A stretch of 63,976 nt of DNA, the filler included, from Corallochytrium limacisporum Hawaii (taxonomy: Eukaryota > Protista > Pluriformea): assembly GCA_002811645.1 (NCBI GenBank). It is 5 parts of 5 records of this genome, joined end to end, with 100 filler letters (N's around TTAATTAATTAA, not from the genome) between each part and the next. Parts side by side here need not be neighbours in the genome. Positions count along the whole stretch, not along the records: positions 43,262 to 61,111 come from PDIP01000019.1; 4 more parts are not named here. One strand, given 5' to 3'. Below the pieces are notes generated by a model. It searched no databases, was not told the origin of the DNA, and saw only the letters and a list, made by a program, of their open reading frames with translations. A program made the translations under genes and the position numbers. Within the stretch, counting starts at the first letter, position 1; each line of letters begins with the position of its first letter. Below are positions 43,277 to 55,492 of the stretch, in pieces.

Positions 43277-43672
43277 GATGATCTTACATCATTGGAGTTC
43301 TCAAAAGAACCACTTTGTATAGGCTGTGTACATTGGAATACCAATAAGCACTGTATGTAGTTGTCTTGCTCACGATGCGATCGACCCTGTGACGTAAGTT
43401 TGCTGACTTGAATTGGGTTTCTGTGCTTGCAAGTCGTGCACGAAGCTTCCGAAAATCTACAATATCGCGACTTCGGGGGCGGGTTGCACCAGTGAATGAT
43501 CACTGCACCTTAGTTGCGGTAGTACTTTCCTTAAGCCGGATGCCACACCTTTTCGTCCCCCTCCCTCGATATGTCGTCACCCTGATCGAGAAATGTACTA
43601 CCTCTGCTCAGTACTGTGGGGACGTCTTCTGTTCAAAAACAAAGTCCACAGTTTGGAAAACGTGGTGGGGTT

Positions 43673-44800
43673 TCACGCAAAGGCTCGAATGCGTCGACGC
43701 TTCCGGGACACGTCATGTCGTAGAAGAGTGGTCGAATGCTTATTCTGTTGGGTGTCTTCGTCATCCGACAGGACAACCCCACTGTCATCGAGTGCATCGG
43801 GATACAGTGCTTGAGCAGATGCTTCAATAACATCATGGTTGCCATGATCTGGTCCTTTTCTTTTGATGTCAACTGTATCACTGTTTTGGGGGACCTTATT
43901 GTGCGCCGCTTGTATGTTAAGGGTCCGGTCCGCAACCACCGCAGGTTGACAGTTTTCGCAGAGGTACACAAACCGTGCGCCGAAATCTATCTTTTTGACA
44001 TTTCCATTGCATCGTCGGCAGCTTGTTCGATTGTAGATGTAGCGACCCTGCCCTCCTTTCAAAGAAGAAAGTGGTTTACCAGCGCTTTCATCTTCTCTTA
44101 TGGTAATTATGCGACCGAGCCGGACCCCTTGACGCATTATTCGCTGGCTGTGGGCCCAAATATCATCCCACTGCTGTTTGCTAATGTCGGAACATTTGGT
44201 TTGGGGATGGATTCTGGCCAGATGGAGGATCTCTGCCCTGTAAATGTTTCCAATTCCAGCGACAATACTTTGGTCTAGTAAAGCATGACCGATGCTGGTT
44301 TTCTTCTTCTGTAGAACCTCCCATACTGCTTCAGAATCCGCGTCATTCCGTAGAGGATCTGGCCCAAGTCTCTTAAGGACGTCTTGATAATATTCATACG
44401 TTCCATAATTGCAGATCATCGCACTCACATCAGCAACCCTGGAAATGTCGTTAGCGATCAGACGCAGTCGAGTTGTGTTCTTCACCTCTGGCCCTGGTAT
44501 TGTGGAGATTGGAATACGCCCGGCCATCCCCAGATGTATGTGAACGACATGATCTGGCAGTTTCCGTCCTAGTCTCTTGGTATTCTTATTCCGATGCGTG
44601 CACTTGGTGTGTGTATCTGCGTTACGAAAGAAAAAAAAGAGATTCTTTCCATGTGCCTCAACTTGTGTTAATACAGTGCCGTTGATCTTATTCGCCCCCT
44701 GTGCAAACCGACTGTTCGGGCTGGTTGCATTTACGGTATGACCTACGAATGTCTTTCGATGCACATTCGCCAGCCGATGAATTCCATTTCCTTCAACCAT
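43673..44800 (-). CDS. Fpg/Nei-family DNA glycosylase/AP lyase with N-terminal Val
   Basis: MVEGNGIHRLA, AHGKNLF, HIHLGMAG, RLGPDPL, H2TH motif LLDQSIVAGIGNIYRAEIL, zinc finger CRRC...R...CENCQ. Confidence 0.92.
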   Translation of the reverse strand: MVEGNGIHRLANVHRKTFVGHTVNATSPNSRFAQGANKINGTVLTQVEAHGKNLFFFFRNADTHTKCTHRNKNTKRLGRKLPDHVVHIHLGMAGRIPISTIPGPEVKNTTRLRLIANDISRVADVSAMICNYGTYEYYQDVLKRLGPDPLRNDADSEAVWEVLQKKKTSIGHALLDQSIVAGIGNIYRAEILHLARIHPQTKCSDISKQQWDDIWAHSQRIMRQGVRLGRIITIREDESAGKPLSSLKGGQGRYIYNRTSCRRCNGNVKKIDFGARFVYLCENCQPAVVADRTLNIQAAHNKVPQNSDTVDIKRKGPDHGNHDVIEASAQALYPDALDDSGVVLSDDEDTQQNKHSTTLLRHDVSRKRRRIRAFA

Positions 44801-47354
44801 AGTATACGGAGGACTAACACTGCGTAGGAGGTAGATCTGTTACCGGTGTTCAGGATATATGTCCTCCATATGGTTGCATGCGTATCAGATAAAAAGGGAA
44901 TTGCCTTCGACTCCTGAGGTTCGCATCTCTCTATGTCCAACACATTAGCCATGGACTGTTCTGTTGGACACCAGGTTCCCAAACTTCCACGTCTTCCTAG
45001 ATTACAAAACAGAAAACTAGCTAGATGGCAATTGTATGTATTTACATAGCCTCTTGTTTTGGTAAAGTACCATAGAAACTCATCCACAGCACAAACGCTT
45101 TGGTCATACGCGCATACATAGACCTGAACTGGCGTGGTATTGCGCTGTGGAATCTACCGTCTATTGATTGCGTTTCACTCACCCAGAACCGGTTGGTCGG
45201 AAGCAAACCTGACAGATTCGGACAAGCCAACTGTGACCCTCACTATCCACCACTGGGATGGAAACAAAGGGGCAGGTTTTTCTTTCGAGATTGGAGTGAA
45301 TGGGAAGTTTGCACCAGGAGATCAAGATTTATAGATGACTCTTAAGAATTGAACTAATATCACAGAGACCGCCACGCAAGCACACGCAGCGCCTGCAGAT
45401 TCTTAATTCTAAACAGGACCCCCACAAATGGATGGGAATCGGTGGGAAAGAACTGTAAAAGTTGACAGGGCAGTGGGTGGGGCCCCCCACCACTCAGACG
45501 TCCCCTTTTGGGAGTCCGAGGCATTTCTTATGTGGCTTTTCAGTGAAGGGGATTGGGGGGGGGGTGTTGTGTGCCGTCACGGTTCCCACCCTCGCCCCCT
45601 CCGCGGGGCGGGTCCCCCACCATCCCCAACCCCCGTCCCTTCAAAAAACACCGAATCACCCACAATAAGGCAAGCAGACCAGCGCCCCGTGATCAATTTT
45701 GATTTCGTCTTGGTTATTTTTTTTAAAATGGTCAGTATATTAAGAGCCACCGTGTCGATGTGACAGCTTTATGTCAAAGCGACAATCAGTGGAATGTGTA
45801 CCCAGTTTGTTTGCGAAAAAGGTAACTCATTCCCGCGCGCCCCTTAGGAGAAAACACACTCCCAAGGTCTGCCGCACCAGAGGAAGAGGAAGAAGACCTC
45901 CGCCCCCGCCCGGGAAGAGAACGAGGTGAGCCTTAAAACCCGGGGGGCGGGGGGAAGGGAAAGGGGGAGAGGGGAGAAGGAGAGAGGGGACCAAGGCCTG
46001 ATATCGCCCATTGAGGCCGGGAGGTCATATGAATAAAATGTGCATGTTTGGACCTAGCCCAACAAAAATCCATCCCTAGCAAGAGAGAACTGGTGTGGAA
46101 AAACCATTCTCCGCCACCATTCTCCGCCACCATTCTCCTTTCGCTCCCCCAAAAGAAGTATTGAAAAGGGAGTGAACTCTTTCCTTTTGATCCTCCTATG
46201 GCGATCTGGTTCAATCTTGGTACCTGGGACATGATTTGCTTCCGTACAGAGGGATCATATGGGCCTCATCCTCCCTCAAGATCTACGTACCCTCATTTTG
46301 CCAGTACTCGTACATGGAATGGCAGCAATACCGACAAAATCAGAGCCCTTCCACATCTGGGTATCCATTGCCATGTAACCATCGGCAGCCCCTACTGACT
46401 TTAGCATGTTGACCAATGTGTGTGTATTCTCTGCGGCAACGAATTCCCTCTCTTTCGAGACGCACGGTGACGTGTTTTGGAAAAATTGATTGCCTATCAC
46501 CCGCATTTCTTAGGTGATAACGAGAGGATTCTCTCGCAGAGACTCCTCCAGTTTCTTGTGAAATAGGGTTATTTGTTTTCCACGATCAACCCAAACACAC
46601 AATTCCTGTGTCGCAATTGAAACCCAAACAATTTGTGAATGTGTTCGAATTTTGACACATCCATTATCTACGGTAAGGTACGATAGATAAATAAATCAAA
46701 ATGTCGCAAAGTAAACATTGTTCGGAGGAAATATTGTTTTTCTTTTCGAATTCATTGTATTTGCTCCCGGAATATGTTAACCCCCCGAAAATATGTGAAA
46801 ATCAAGTGTGGCAGAGTCAAATCTAGTTCAAGGGAAATTGCACACACTTTCTCAGGCCCACAGCATGGAGGCATCAAATCTAAGGTCCCAGGATTCCCTC
46901 AAAATGGTCGAAGTTTCTCTACACGAATACACATTGCTCCCATTTGCAAATTATGAGTACGGTTTCTTTAGGCGTGTCTATTTATCTACTGCAAAAACGG
47001 CGTTTCTGAAATGCTTAAATGTTGGTATGGAAAGGAATGAGTAGAATAAAGAATGTGGGGAATGTTAAGTTTCCGGACGGTGGATATACTCAAGGCAACG
47101 GCTTGGATTGGGAGGGAGCTCCTCCTTTTGCTTGGCGAACGGTCGGTCCGGGTACACTTTTCAAAAGATGACCGCCAAGCACATGGCACTGAACCAGTTC
47201 TCGTGCTAATGTGCCTACAGTTTGTTCTTCAAAGTAAGGGCTTTCTAGAGCAGTCCTTGGCACTTCACAGTTAACAGCTGTTGTATAGTTCATGAACTTT
47301 GCGGTATCACAGTGCATTGGTATCCTGGCCCATGTCCGGCGCCTCCCGAGGCCT

Positions 47355-48929
47355 TCAAACCCTCGGAGGTGGTGGCTTATGACTCGGTGGGCCGCCCTCG
47401 GACAATGGCTGACCTTGTCCAGGCTGCTCGTGTGGCTGATGAGGAGGATGATACTGTTGATACTGCTGTTGCGCCTGCGGGTGCTGCTGTACATGTTGCG
47501 GTCGATGCTGAGCTTGCTGCGGCTGCTGATGGTGATGAGCTTCCTGCCCTTGCAAGACCTGTGGAGGATGTGCGAACGATTGCTGGGGATAGGGTTGCTG
47601 CTGTGACGGCGGATGTTTGGCACCTTGATGGGATCCATGACTATCACCGTAATGACCCGTGTAGTGTGGCCTCGGTGCAGCATACTGGTACCCTGGCGGA
47701 GCCGTCCCTTGTCCTTCAGAGGATCTGTAAGGGCTTTGTTGGCGTTCTTGACCATAGGACGGGTAAGCAACAGCCACTTGAGGACGTGGACCTGGAGGTC
47801 CCGTAGCATACCCAGACGATGTGGGTGGCGCAGACCCATAGCGCACTTCGCCCGCCGCCGATGGAGGATGATTTGGCTGCGGTACTTGGGAGTACTGAGG
47901 AGCATATTGCTGGTCACCTTGATGTCCTTGTGGAGCTGATGCAACTCGCGCAGGCACTTGCGCGGCAGCAGGATCACTGCTTTGAACGTACTGTCCTTGC
48001 ATCGGATATGCTTGGGGTGGTAAGTATTGTGGTGTGTAGGGGTGGCCATTGGATGCAGGATGCATTGCGTAGTGACCGGGCCCCGAGTAGTATGGTACAT
48101 TTGGTGGATGTTGCATTGGCTGGGCCGCAGCGTACTGAGGAGGCGGTACTTGTTGTCCACCGACGGCGGCCATTTGTTCCCCTTGGTATGGTTGGCCTGG
48201 TCCTACATATCCATGGCCGGGAATGTTCGATCCCTGCGCCCCTCTGTGAGTTGCTTCGTGAGGTGTCCCCTGCATTGCATCCGGTGGGACTGTTTGACCG
48301 CCCACGTCTGATTGAACAGAGGGTGGTACTGATTCCGATGCTTTCCTCTTTGAGCGCCTCCCTGACCGCCTCTGCCGACGAACAATGTTCGCCATCCGCT
48401 CTGGATGCGCGCGAATAAATTCTTTGTGGTGAAAGACTATTGCAGACGATTCACGAGCAGCTGGAAGTTGGTAGACTTTCCGGAAGCCATACAAATTCAG
48501 TTGCCGAATGATGGAAGAAAAGCTGGTTGTCTTAAACACCACTCCAAGCACCTTCTTATGGAAAGCGTCTATGCTGTTGATGACAATGGCAGTCCCAGTT
48601 TCATTCCATGATATTGCATCTGACATATCTGGATCTTCCAATAAATCCCTCAGGGTTTGAATGAATTGCTGCTGTGGCTGATATCTCGTTACCTTTTCCG
48701 TGCTCCGTGTACTTCCTTCCTGCATGTTTGGAGTGTTGGTTCGACTAGAATGTGACGAAGACGAAGGATGATGTGATGAGGACGACCAGTCATTCACAGT
48801 GGTCGCTTGTGGGACTTGTGCGCCTTTTGTGTCCGGAAGCCCTTGTGGGCCTTGCCTTCCTTGGGTGGAATCTGTGTACTCTCCCCTCTGACCTGTACCA
48901 CCAGGTGGTTCTGAAGGCGAGTCGTTCAT
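47355..48929 (-). CDS. HSF-type transcription factor
   Basis: HSF DNA-binding domain FIQTLRDLLED...ISWNETG...FKTTSFSSIIRQLNLYGFRKV...FHHKEFIR..PE.MANIVRR, then a long Q/P/Y/H-rich tail. First ATG at 48929; the track start at 48959 is GTG. Confidence 0.9.
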   Translation of the reverse strand: MNDSPSEPPGGTGQRGEYTDSTQGRQGPQGLPDTKGAQVPQATTVNDWSSSSHHPSSSSHSSRTNTPNMQEGSTRSTEKVTRYQPQQQFIQTLRDLLEDPDMSDAISWNETGTAIVINSIDAFHKKVLGVVFKTTSFSSIIRQLNLYGFRKVYQLPAARESSAIVFHHKEFIRAHPERMANIVRRQRRSGRRSKRKASESVPPSVQSDVGGQTVPPDAMQGTPHEATHRGAQGSNIPGHGYVGPGQPYQGEQMAAVGGQQVPPPQYAAAQPMQHPPNVPYYSGPGHYAMHPASNGHPYTPQYLPPQAYPMQGQYVQSSDPAAAQVPARVASAPQGHQGDQQYAPQYSQVPQPNHPPSAAGEVRYGSAPPTSSGYATGPPGPRPQVAVAYPSYGQERQQSPYRSSEGQGTAPPGYQYAAPRPHYTGHYGDSHGSHQGAKHPPSQQQPYPQQSFAHPPQVLQGQEAHHHQQPQQAQHRPQHVQQHPQAQQQYQQYHPPHQPHEQPGQGQPLSEGGPPSHKPPPPRV

Positions 48930-51900
48930 TGATCTAGAACCTTTATTGTCACAATTCACATGTTCAATACGATCAATTATTCAATTCCTAACTATAAAAC
49001 AGCGTGATCTCTCGCCATAGACATATGCGAGAAATGGTTAGTTTCATACCTGTCCAAAACAATGGGAACTATGACGCCACTGGAGTGTGCACTGTCATTA
49101 CCGCTATCTCGTGTAAGAACCCGCATGAACTACGGGGGAAACCCCCCAAAATGGACTCGGACATATGTTACATTTTGTTGCAAAGTACGTCCCACAAATC
49201 CCCCTTCCCTCCAGCACACTGAGAATTGTGAACGCTGGGTAAAAGGTGTCCGTTCTTCCCCTTCTCCTCCCGTCGCATCTCTCGGTCCTCCCTGTCCTTC
49301 TTCCCCCTTCCCCCCAAACCCCTCCACCGCTTCCGTCTCCCACCCCTTCCCCCGGGTCCAATCCCATTTCCCAGTGGCCCCCTGCAAGCGATTCTCGTTT
49401 CTCCCCTTCCCTCCCCACTCCTTCCGCCGAGAGGTTCTCTTTTTACCTTTTAATCGGTCTTGTCCGTCTCTTACGGGTACGTCTTTCTCTCACCTTGCGT
49501 CTTCGTCGCTCGTGGGCCGCCAAGGCTAGGTCCGCAATTCTTTGTCTTCCAAATGACATTGTCCCTTCTCTTTTCTGGTTCAACTCTCGTGGAATGGTGG
49601 AGGATGGATGTGTTACTGGGATTCTCTCGAGTGTCCGGTGTTGGAAGAGAATCTTTTTTGTATCCCACCAGGGGCCCAATTTCCAATTACTATTTATCTC
49701 CTGGTGCTTCGCGTGAGTCTCAGACGCAGAGGCGGATAGTGAGATTAATATCAAAATAAAACAACACAACAAAAAATGTGTGATTCACAAATTTTCGTGT
49801 GTATCTTTCGGTCAATGGTGTCCAACATACAACCTATGACATTCATTGGGAGCTCCAAGCGTCGGGTGCAATGTTGTTGGCGTCACGATCGTTTAAGGGC
49901 CCCCCTCAAGTGGTACCGGAGCATCTCCGATATTTTTATTTTGTCCCTGCGGACATCCAATGGCATGTCCCGTGAAAGTATGATAATATATCAGTAGCTA
50001 CGCCTGCAAAGACATTGCGTCATGTCCGTACCATGCTCTCGGACACGGAGAGGAAGAAGACCAAATTACGGCTGATACTACATGTTGTTGCTTCTTGCCA
50101 TATCGCATTATTCTAGTTTTGGTTTTAATATCTGCGAAACAAAAAAATAACACCACGAAGGACCTGTGGCGAAGCCGACCGTGGGGAGGAGCAGTGACCA
50201 CAGAAATGTTGAATATACATGTGTGCGTAGGAAGCCTCATAAGAATTTCCCTTTTCCCGGGATTCCCTTTGTCCCCATTCCCGGACCATGTCCTCGGGGT
50301 CATCATCTTCATCTGCATGTCTAAACACACAGGCCAAGGGGTCCTTGCGTTTCTATAACACAGTACGACTGATCTCCCAGCAGTTCTCAATGTGTGTCCC
50401 CCGCAGGATCGTCATGGATAAGACCCTGTTTCCTTTTGCATATGTCCACCACTGCGGTTACTTTAACTAATATGAATCGTAGCGTCCGTGTTTACAAGTA
50501 ACAGAAAGCAATCAATAAACCATTCATCGAACTGATCGGTCTACAAGGGACTGTGAAATTGAACTCTTGATAAATTAAAAACCATGAAGAAGGTATGTAG
50601 ATGCCCCGAATTATATACATAAAACTGTGAAGAATTTCCCTCGTAAGAACGCAACTCGTCGACATGAAAATACAGGAGAAGACCACTCTGCGTCTGCCCC
50701 GCCCTTCGCCCCGGGGGGCCGGGGGAGCGTGGAGAACAGCAACTGCAGTCCCTCGCCCAATGCATCTCTCAGTGATCCGCAACCTTGGTGGAAATCATGG
50801 AAAATGTCCAAATACTGCTCTGCTTCTCTCATGACTTTTGCAACGGAACACAACCGACGACAGTCCTTGACATAAGTTGTATTGGTCGGGGGATTCTGTG
50901 AGTGGTGTGAATTCCACGGTGTTCTTTCAGATGAGTAAAGAGAATATGATTTGCTTCCGATTCTGTTTGTTTGGGTGGCTACGCGATCTCGGTTCTTTCT
51001 GAGGCGAGGGACATTTGGATGCCAGTAAGAAGAATAAAATTATGGCGTATTCATTTTTGTGTGAGTGTTGATTTTGTTACGTACCTTTTTCGGTTTCTTC
51101 GCCACGTGTCGTGATTGTTGTAAGATCATTATAGTGTTCTAGTTGGATACATTGCACTTGAAAATAAGATTTTTGCAGCCAGGAATGGCTCATCAGAGAA
51201 GACTGTAAGTTCTTTTTGTGTCTCGTTTCAACCGTGTTTCTTCTGAGTATTCGCAAGGGAGAAATATACAAATGTTCGTCAGTATGACTGGTGGGCGTTA
51301 GGTACACGATTCCCTGTTCTCCACAATCATCGGGTTTGCTTCAAACTTCTTGCGAGATACCGTCAGAATAGACGGTGTTTCGTCATCTGGTAGCAACCGT
51401 CCCAGTACATGGAAAACCGCGACCACAGGAATACCCACGTAGAATACGGCTGCGGAAATGAATGAGACAATGCAAAAGGAAAACAGTGACAAAACATGGG
51501 CAAAACATTTGCAGGGAAGGCACCCAGCCAAAACTTCGCCACAGCTGGGTTGAAACAGCTTCCCAGTAATCCAAAGCAGTAACAAGACATGGGTGCTGTC
51601 CCGAAACGGACATGTTCTCTACAAACATGGAAACTGCATGCCTCCAGTGATATTTAACTATGTACATGCCCATTGGATAGACAAGCTTCCTCCCTGCTAC
51701 TGCATCGGTGTCGCCTCCTTGGTAGGTGCGTTAGGCTTCCCCGCCAAATCCCCCGCTATTCCCAAAGGGCACGAAAGCCGCGGGCCCTTCCGTTCCTCCA
51801 GCATTCTAAGAATTTTTAATACACAATGATATATTCACATGGAGACTGAGTGTGTATATGGTGGAATGCATCGCCTATGTCACCTTTGCTTCTGCCGATC

Positions 51901-53350
51901 TACAGCTGCTCTCTCGGCGGCGAATGCCTCCTTCTATTTGTATGCTTGAACGCCAGTGAATCTAGGTGTGCTCTCTTCACCATCGTGATGATCAGGTGTG
52001 TGGTGGTGGACGTCGTCCGCCTTTCGAGAAGGTGTGGCTGGTGTTCCCGCCCTTTTGCCCGCGCATGGGTAAAGAAACCAATATCGGGCTTGTGCCTCTT
52101 GCCGTGTGCTACAGAATGTAAGCATTGGCAAAGACCGTTCCCTCGTACAGCCTGAACAGCCGTAGCAACACCGCGCCATCTTCACCCACAACGGCAACAT
52201 CATCCGCTTAAGACTAATGCTTGAACGAAGCACCCGGGAGGATGTTGTCATATCTATATATCAATCGGAATGACTGTGATGACCGGAAGCTCATGCATTC
52301 CATGCATGCTTGCAATAAACATCAAAACAACACATTCTTGTAGCATTCCGTCTGCCACAACAATGAAGAAAAGAGAGATAGGAAAGCAAAGAAGGTCATA
52401 GGTGCCTAAGGTCATAGGCGCCTCAGACTTTTCTATTAATGCCGATGACAGGGCGAGACCGCTGAAGCAGCGTACCCCTTCCCCCTTCCCTAATTCCGGC
52501 GGCCCGTCCCCTTCGGCTTGGGGTCGGGCCCGCTCGGCCGGGGGCCATTGAAACTTACCCTGAACAAATCGGGCAGCATCTTCCTTCGCAGGCACACAGT
52601 CGGATAGCACTGGGCACCCCATGTTTCATCCTGATTAAATTTCAAGACCCGATCGACAAAATAGTTAGAGGAGAAACACCCAAGACGTTTCATGCCCCCC
52701 TTCCCCGAGGAAAGCGTGACATGCACATCGCCCTCCCAGGTCTTCGTTGCAACACAAAAAAAAAACGGTTGTATGGTCACCATCTCGCGGCCGGCATACA
52801 CTACATGACGATCATGTCCCCATACAAATTCTTACTGAGATGGGGCGCGCTTTGCGTCACTTGTCACCTGCAGCATTCCTGCCTGTGAAACCATCTGGTG
52901 GCAGCCGTGGATTTGCCGTGGATGGGGAGACTTGGGTTGCGGTGCGGAAAGTGATGAAGGAAGAAGAGAGAGGGTGGAGAGGACAAACAGAAAGAGTAAC
53001 CAGGAGAAACATGAGAATCAGGGGCGGTAAGAATGAAAAGTGTCAGGCACAGAAAAAGAATCTGGGGGGTTCCGCGGGGTTCCAAATCGCGAAAGAGAAG
53101 CTGCTTGACCGTATTTAAAAGAAGCAAGTATATAAAATATTGATTTGTTTTGATTTGATTTGCGGGAGGTTCTTAGAATTTTCGAGGCGCAGTCCATGGA
53201 ACCCCTTTTCTTGCCATCGCAGACATGTACTTTCCGGCTGTTGAGCTAACTGTTCACATAGAGAGAGTCATGCAGCTACAATACTCTGGATACGACACCT
53301 CCATACACATGTTAGCTGGGGCAGTTCACTTCCTAAAGAGAACGTTTTCT

Positions 53351-55492
53351 TTAAATGCCGAACTCGGCTTCGTGGGTTTCCGAGAAGTCGCCTGTGAGTG
53401 TGTACCGGTACTCTTGAGTCCCGTAGGCACTGGGCACAAGCTTGATGACAGTGTGCAACGGAATAGAGATGTTAGGCGCATCTTGGGCAGGAATATCGTT
53501 CAAATATGCATAGAGACATCTAAGCACACCTCGGTGGGCCACAATGAGTACCGGCATGATGTTACGCTCCAATTCAAAGAGAACTGGTTCCAGTCGTGTG
53601 ACTAGGTCCTGATAGCTTTCACCGCCAGCGCCAGGATATCTGTAGGAAAATTTGTGGGCTTCCCGCATTTCGTACTCCCTTTTGTACTTGGTTTTGAATT
53701 CATCTACCTTGACACCATCCACATCACCAGCATTGAGCTCTTCCATGGCCTTCCAACGCACGGTCTGCGCGCAGGGGAGTCCGTCCACTGTCTCGACTGC
53801 CCTATTCATGGTCGACGTCCAAATGGCGAGATGCTCCGAGGGATCAAACTGCAGTTGCTGCTCAGTCGTAGGCGGCTCTCGTATGAATTTTTCAAGTGCT
53901 GACTTGAACTTCCGGCCTCGCTCTGTTAGTGACGAATCGCCACCGATCCTCCCTTGACGGTTGTACACTGACTCACCATGTCGTGCAAGATAGATCGGCC
54001 GGCTCTGAATGTGCAAATTCATCAAATAGAAGAGTACCTTTGTGGGTAAGAACCCTTTGATGCGGTTCGCCACCATTTCCTGACCCACATTGAAAATCTT
54101 GATGTATGAATACGCCTTATCCTGGACTGTCTGGTAGTTTGCCTCATAATGTGCAAGGCGTTCCCGGAAGTCGGTCTCTGCCTGGTCTGGGTCAATGTCC
54201 TTGTAGTCATCCGAATGTTTCACCTTTAGAGCAATATTCTCATTGATGATGTTTAGATCGTTGCACAGTACCTCAAGGAACACTACCTTGATACTAATGT
54301 TGATGGTCTGCTCTGCGTCATGGAACATGTCGACCAGCATAGTCCGCCGTTCAATATTACTATTCGTTCCGTCCAAGATCCCGATATGTCCTTCATTACG
54401 GACCCAATTCAGCATATCTTCCACAGCTAGCACGGCCAAATGATTTCTTGCTGCCACACCCGCTGGATTGTCTGCTCGGAAAAAGTCATGATTGTGAAAT
54501 GAGCCCAGTTGGTTCCGGCGATAGTTACCAATATTGAAGACCTTGGCCTTGTAACCCATCCACCGCAGAAATCGACTGAGCTTGCTACTAATGAACGACT
54601 TTCCCCGGGCTGGAAGTCCTACCATGACGAACACCATCCTGCGCTCTGCAAGGGCCCTTCTGGTATTGTCATCAGCACCTTTTATGTGTGCGTAAGTTCT
54701 GCCTTCCACACCGGTCAACATAAATTGATTGTACCCAATCTTTCCTCCGTGTGGAGGACTTGCAGGTCGACTGTGATGGTGATCATCTGCCAAACTGTCT
54801 GGAGCACCTGAGGAACTATGATCGGCTTTCAATGCTGACAAAGGATTCCCATCTGCACCAAATTGCAGGTCATTCCAGCTACGGGTCTCTGTCGGCGAGT
54901 GGGGAATGCTGCTAGGTGCACTCGGCAGTGTAACGCTCAACACGTTGTTGATATTACCTTGGGGATCTGGTTGAAATTGCTGATCAGGAGCATGAAGCCA
55001 TTCACCGTCCACTTTGAACTTGTACAGGTGAATTGCCGCAGGTAACTCAATGACACAGTAGTGGTACCGATATTCTGTTGGATCCGCAGGATTGACTACT
55101 TCTTCCATTCTTACAAACTCCGTCCAATTAAAAAAAGATCCCGTTAAGAGCACTTCCCGGCCACCATGAGTCCATGTAAAGCTGACAGGTTGCAATTTTT
55201 CAGATATTAGTGGTGGGATACCCTGGTTCGACCGCCAACGGCGTCTGCCAATGGGAGATATGCTGCTGCCTCCTTTAGACGGTGACCTGGCGGTACCTGA
55301 CTTGACACTTGCCGGCCGCGATCCATTTTGACTACTATGATCCGAATAAGTATGTTTATCCTGCAATGATAACTCAGTCAATTTCTGTTGCAGTTCTTGC
55401 TTTCCGGCAGCATCTGCCACATCGGCGGCGGAACTCTCACCGACCTCGGTTGCAACAGGTGGGTCGTCCTTAGCTACCACTTTATCAGCCAT
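53351..55492 (-). CDS. Bifunctional 6-phosphofructo-2-kinase/fructose-2,6-bisphosphatase with an N-terminal AMPK-beta-type carbohydrate-binding module
   Basis: MVGLPARGKS (Walker A), VFNIGNYRR, LDGTN, IYLARHGES, YPG..GESY.DLV.RLEP, IVAH; CBM VSFTWTHGGREVLLTGSFFNW...YKFKVDGEW...GNINNVLSV. Confidence 0.93.
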   Translation of the reverse strand: MADKVVAKDDPPVATEVGESSAADVADAAGKQELQQKLTELSLQDKHTYSDHSSQNGSRPASVKSGTARSPSKGGSSISPIGRRRWRSNQGIPPLISEKLQPVSFTWTHGGREVLLTGSFFNWTEFVRMEEVVNPADPTEYRYHYCVIELPAAIHLYKFKVDGEWLHAPDQQFQPDPQGNINNVLSVTLPSAPSSIPHSPTETRSWNDLQFGADGNPLSALKADHSSSGAPDSLADDHHHSRPASPPHGGKIGYNQFMLTGVEGRTYAHIKGADDNTRRALAERRMVFVMVGLPARGKSFISSKLSRFLRWMGYKAKVFNIGNYRRNQLGSFHNHDFFRADNPAGVAARNHLAVLAVEDMLNWVRNEGHIGILDGTNSNIERRTMLVDMFHDAEQTINISIKVVFLEVLCNDLNIINENIALKVKHSDDYKDIDPDQAETDFRERLAHYEANYQTVQDKAYSYIKIFNVGQEMVANRIKGFLPTKVLFYLMNLHIQSRPIYLARHGESVYNRQGRIGGDSSLTERGRKFKSALEKFIREPPTTEQQLQFDPSEHLAIWTSTMNRAVETVDGLPCAQTVRWKAMEELNAGDVDGVKVDEFKTKYKREYEMREAHKFSYRYPGAGGESYQDLVTRLEPVLFELERNIMPVLIVAHRGVLRCLYAYLNDIPAQDAPNISIPLHTVIKLVPSAYGTQEYRYTLTGDFSETHEAEFGI

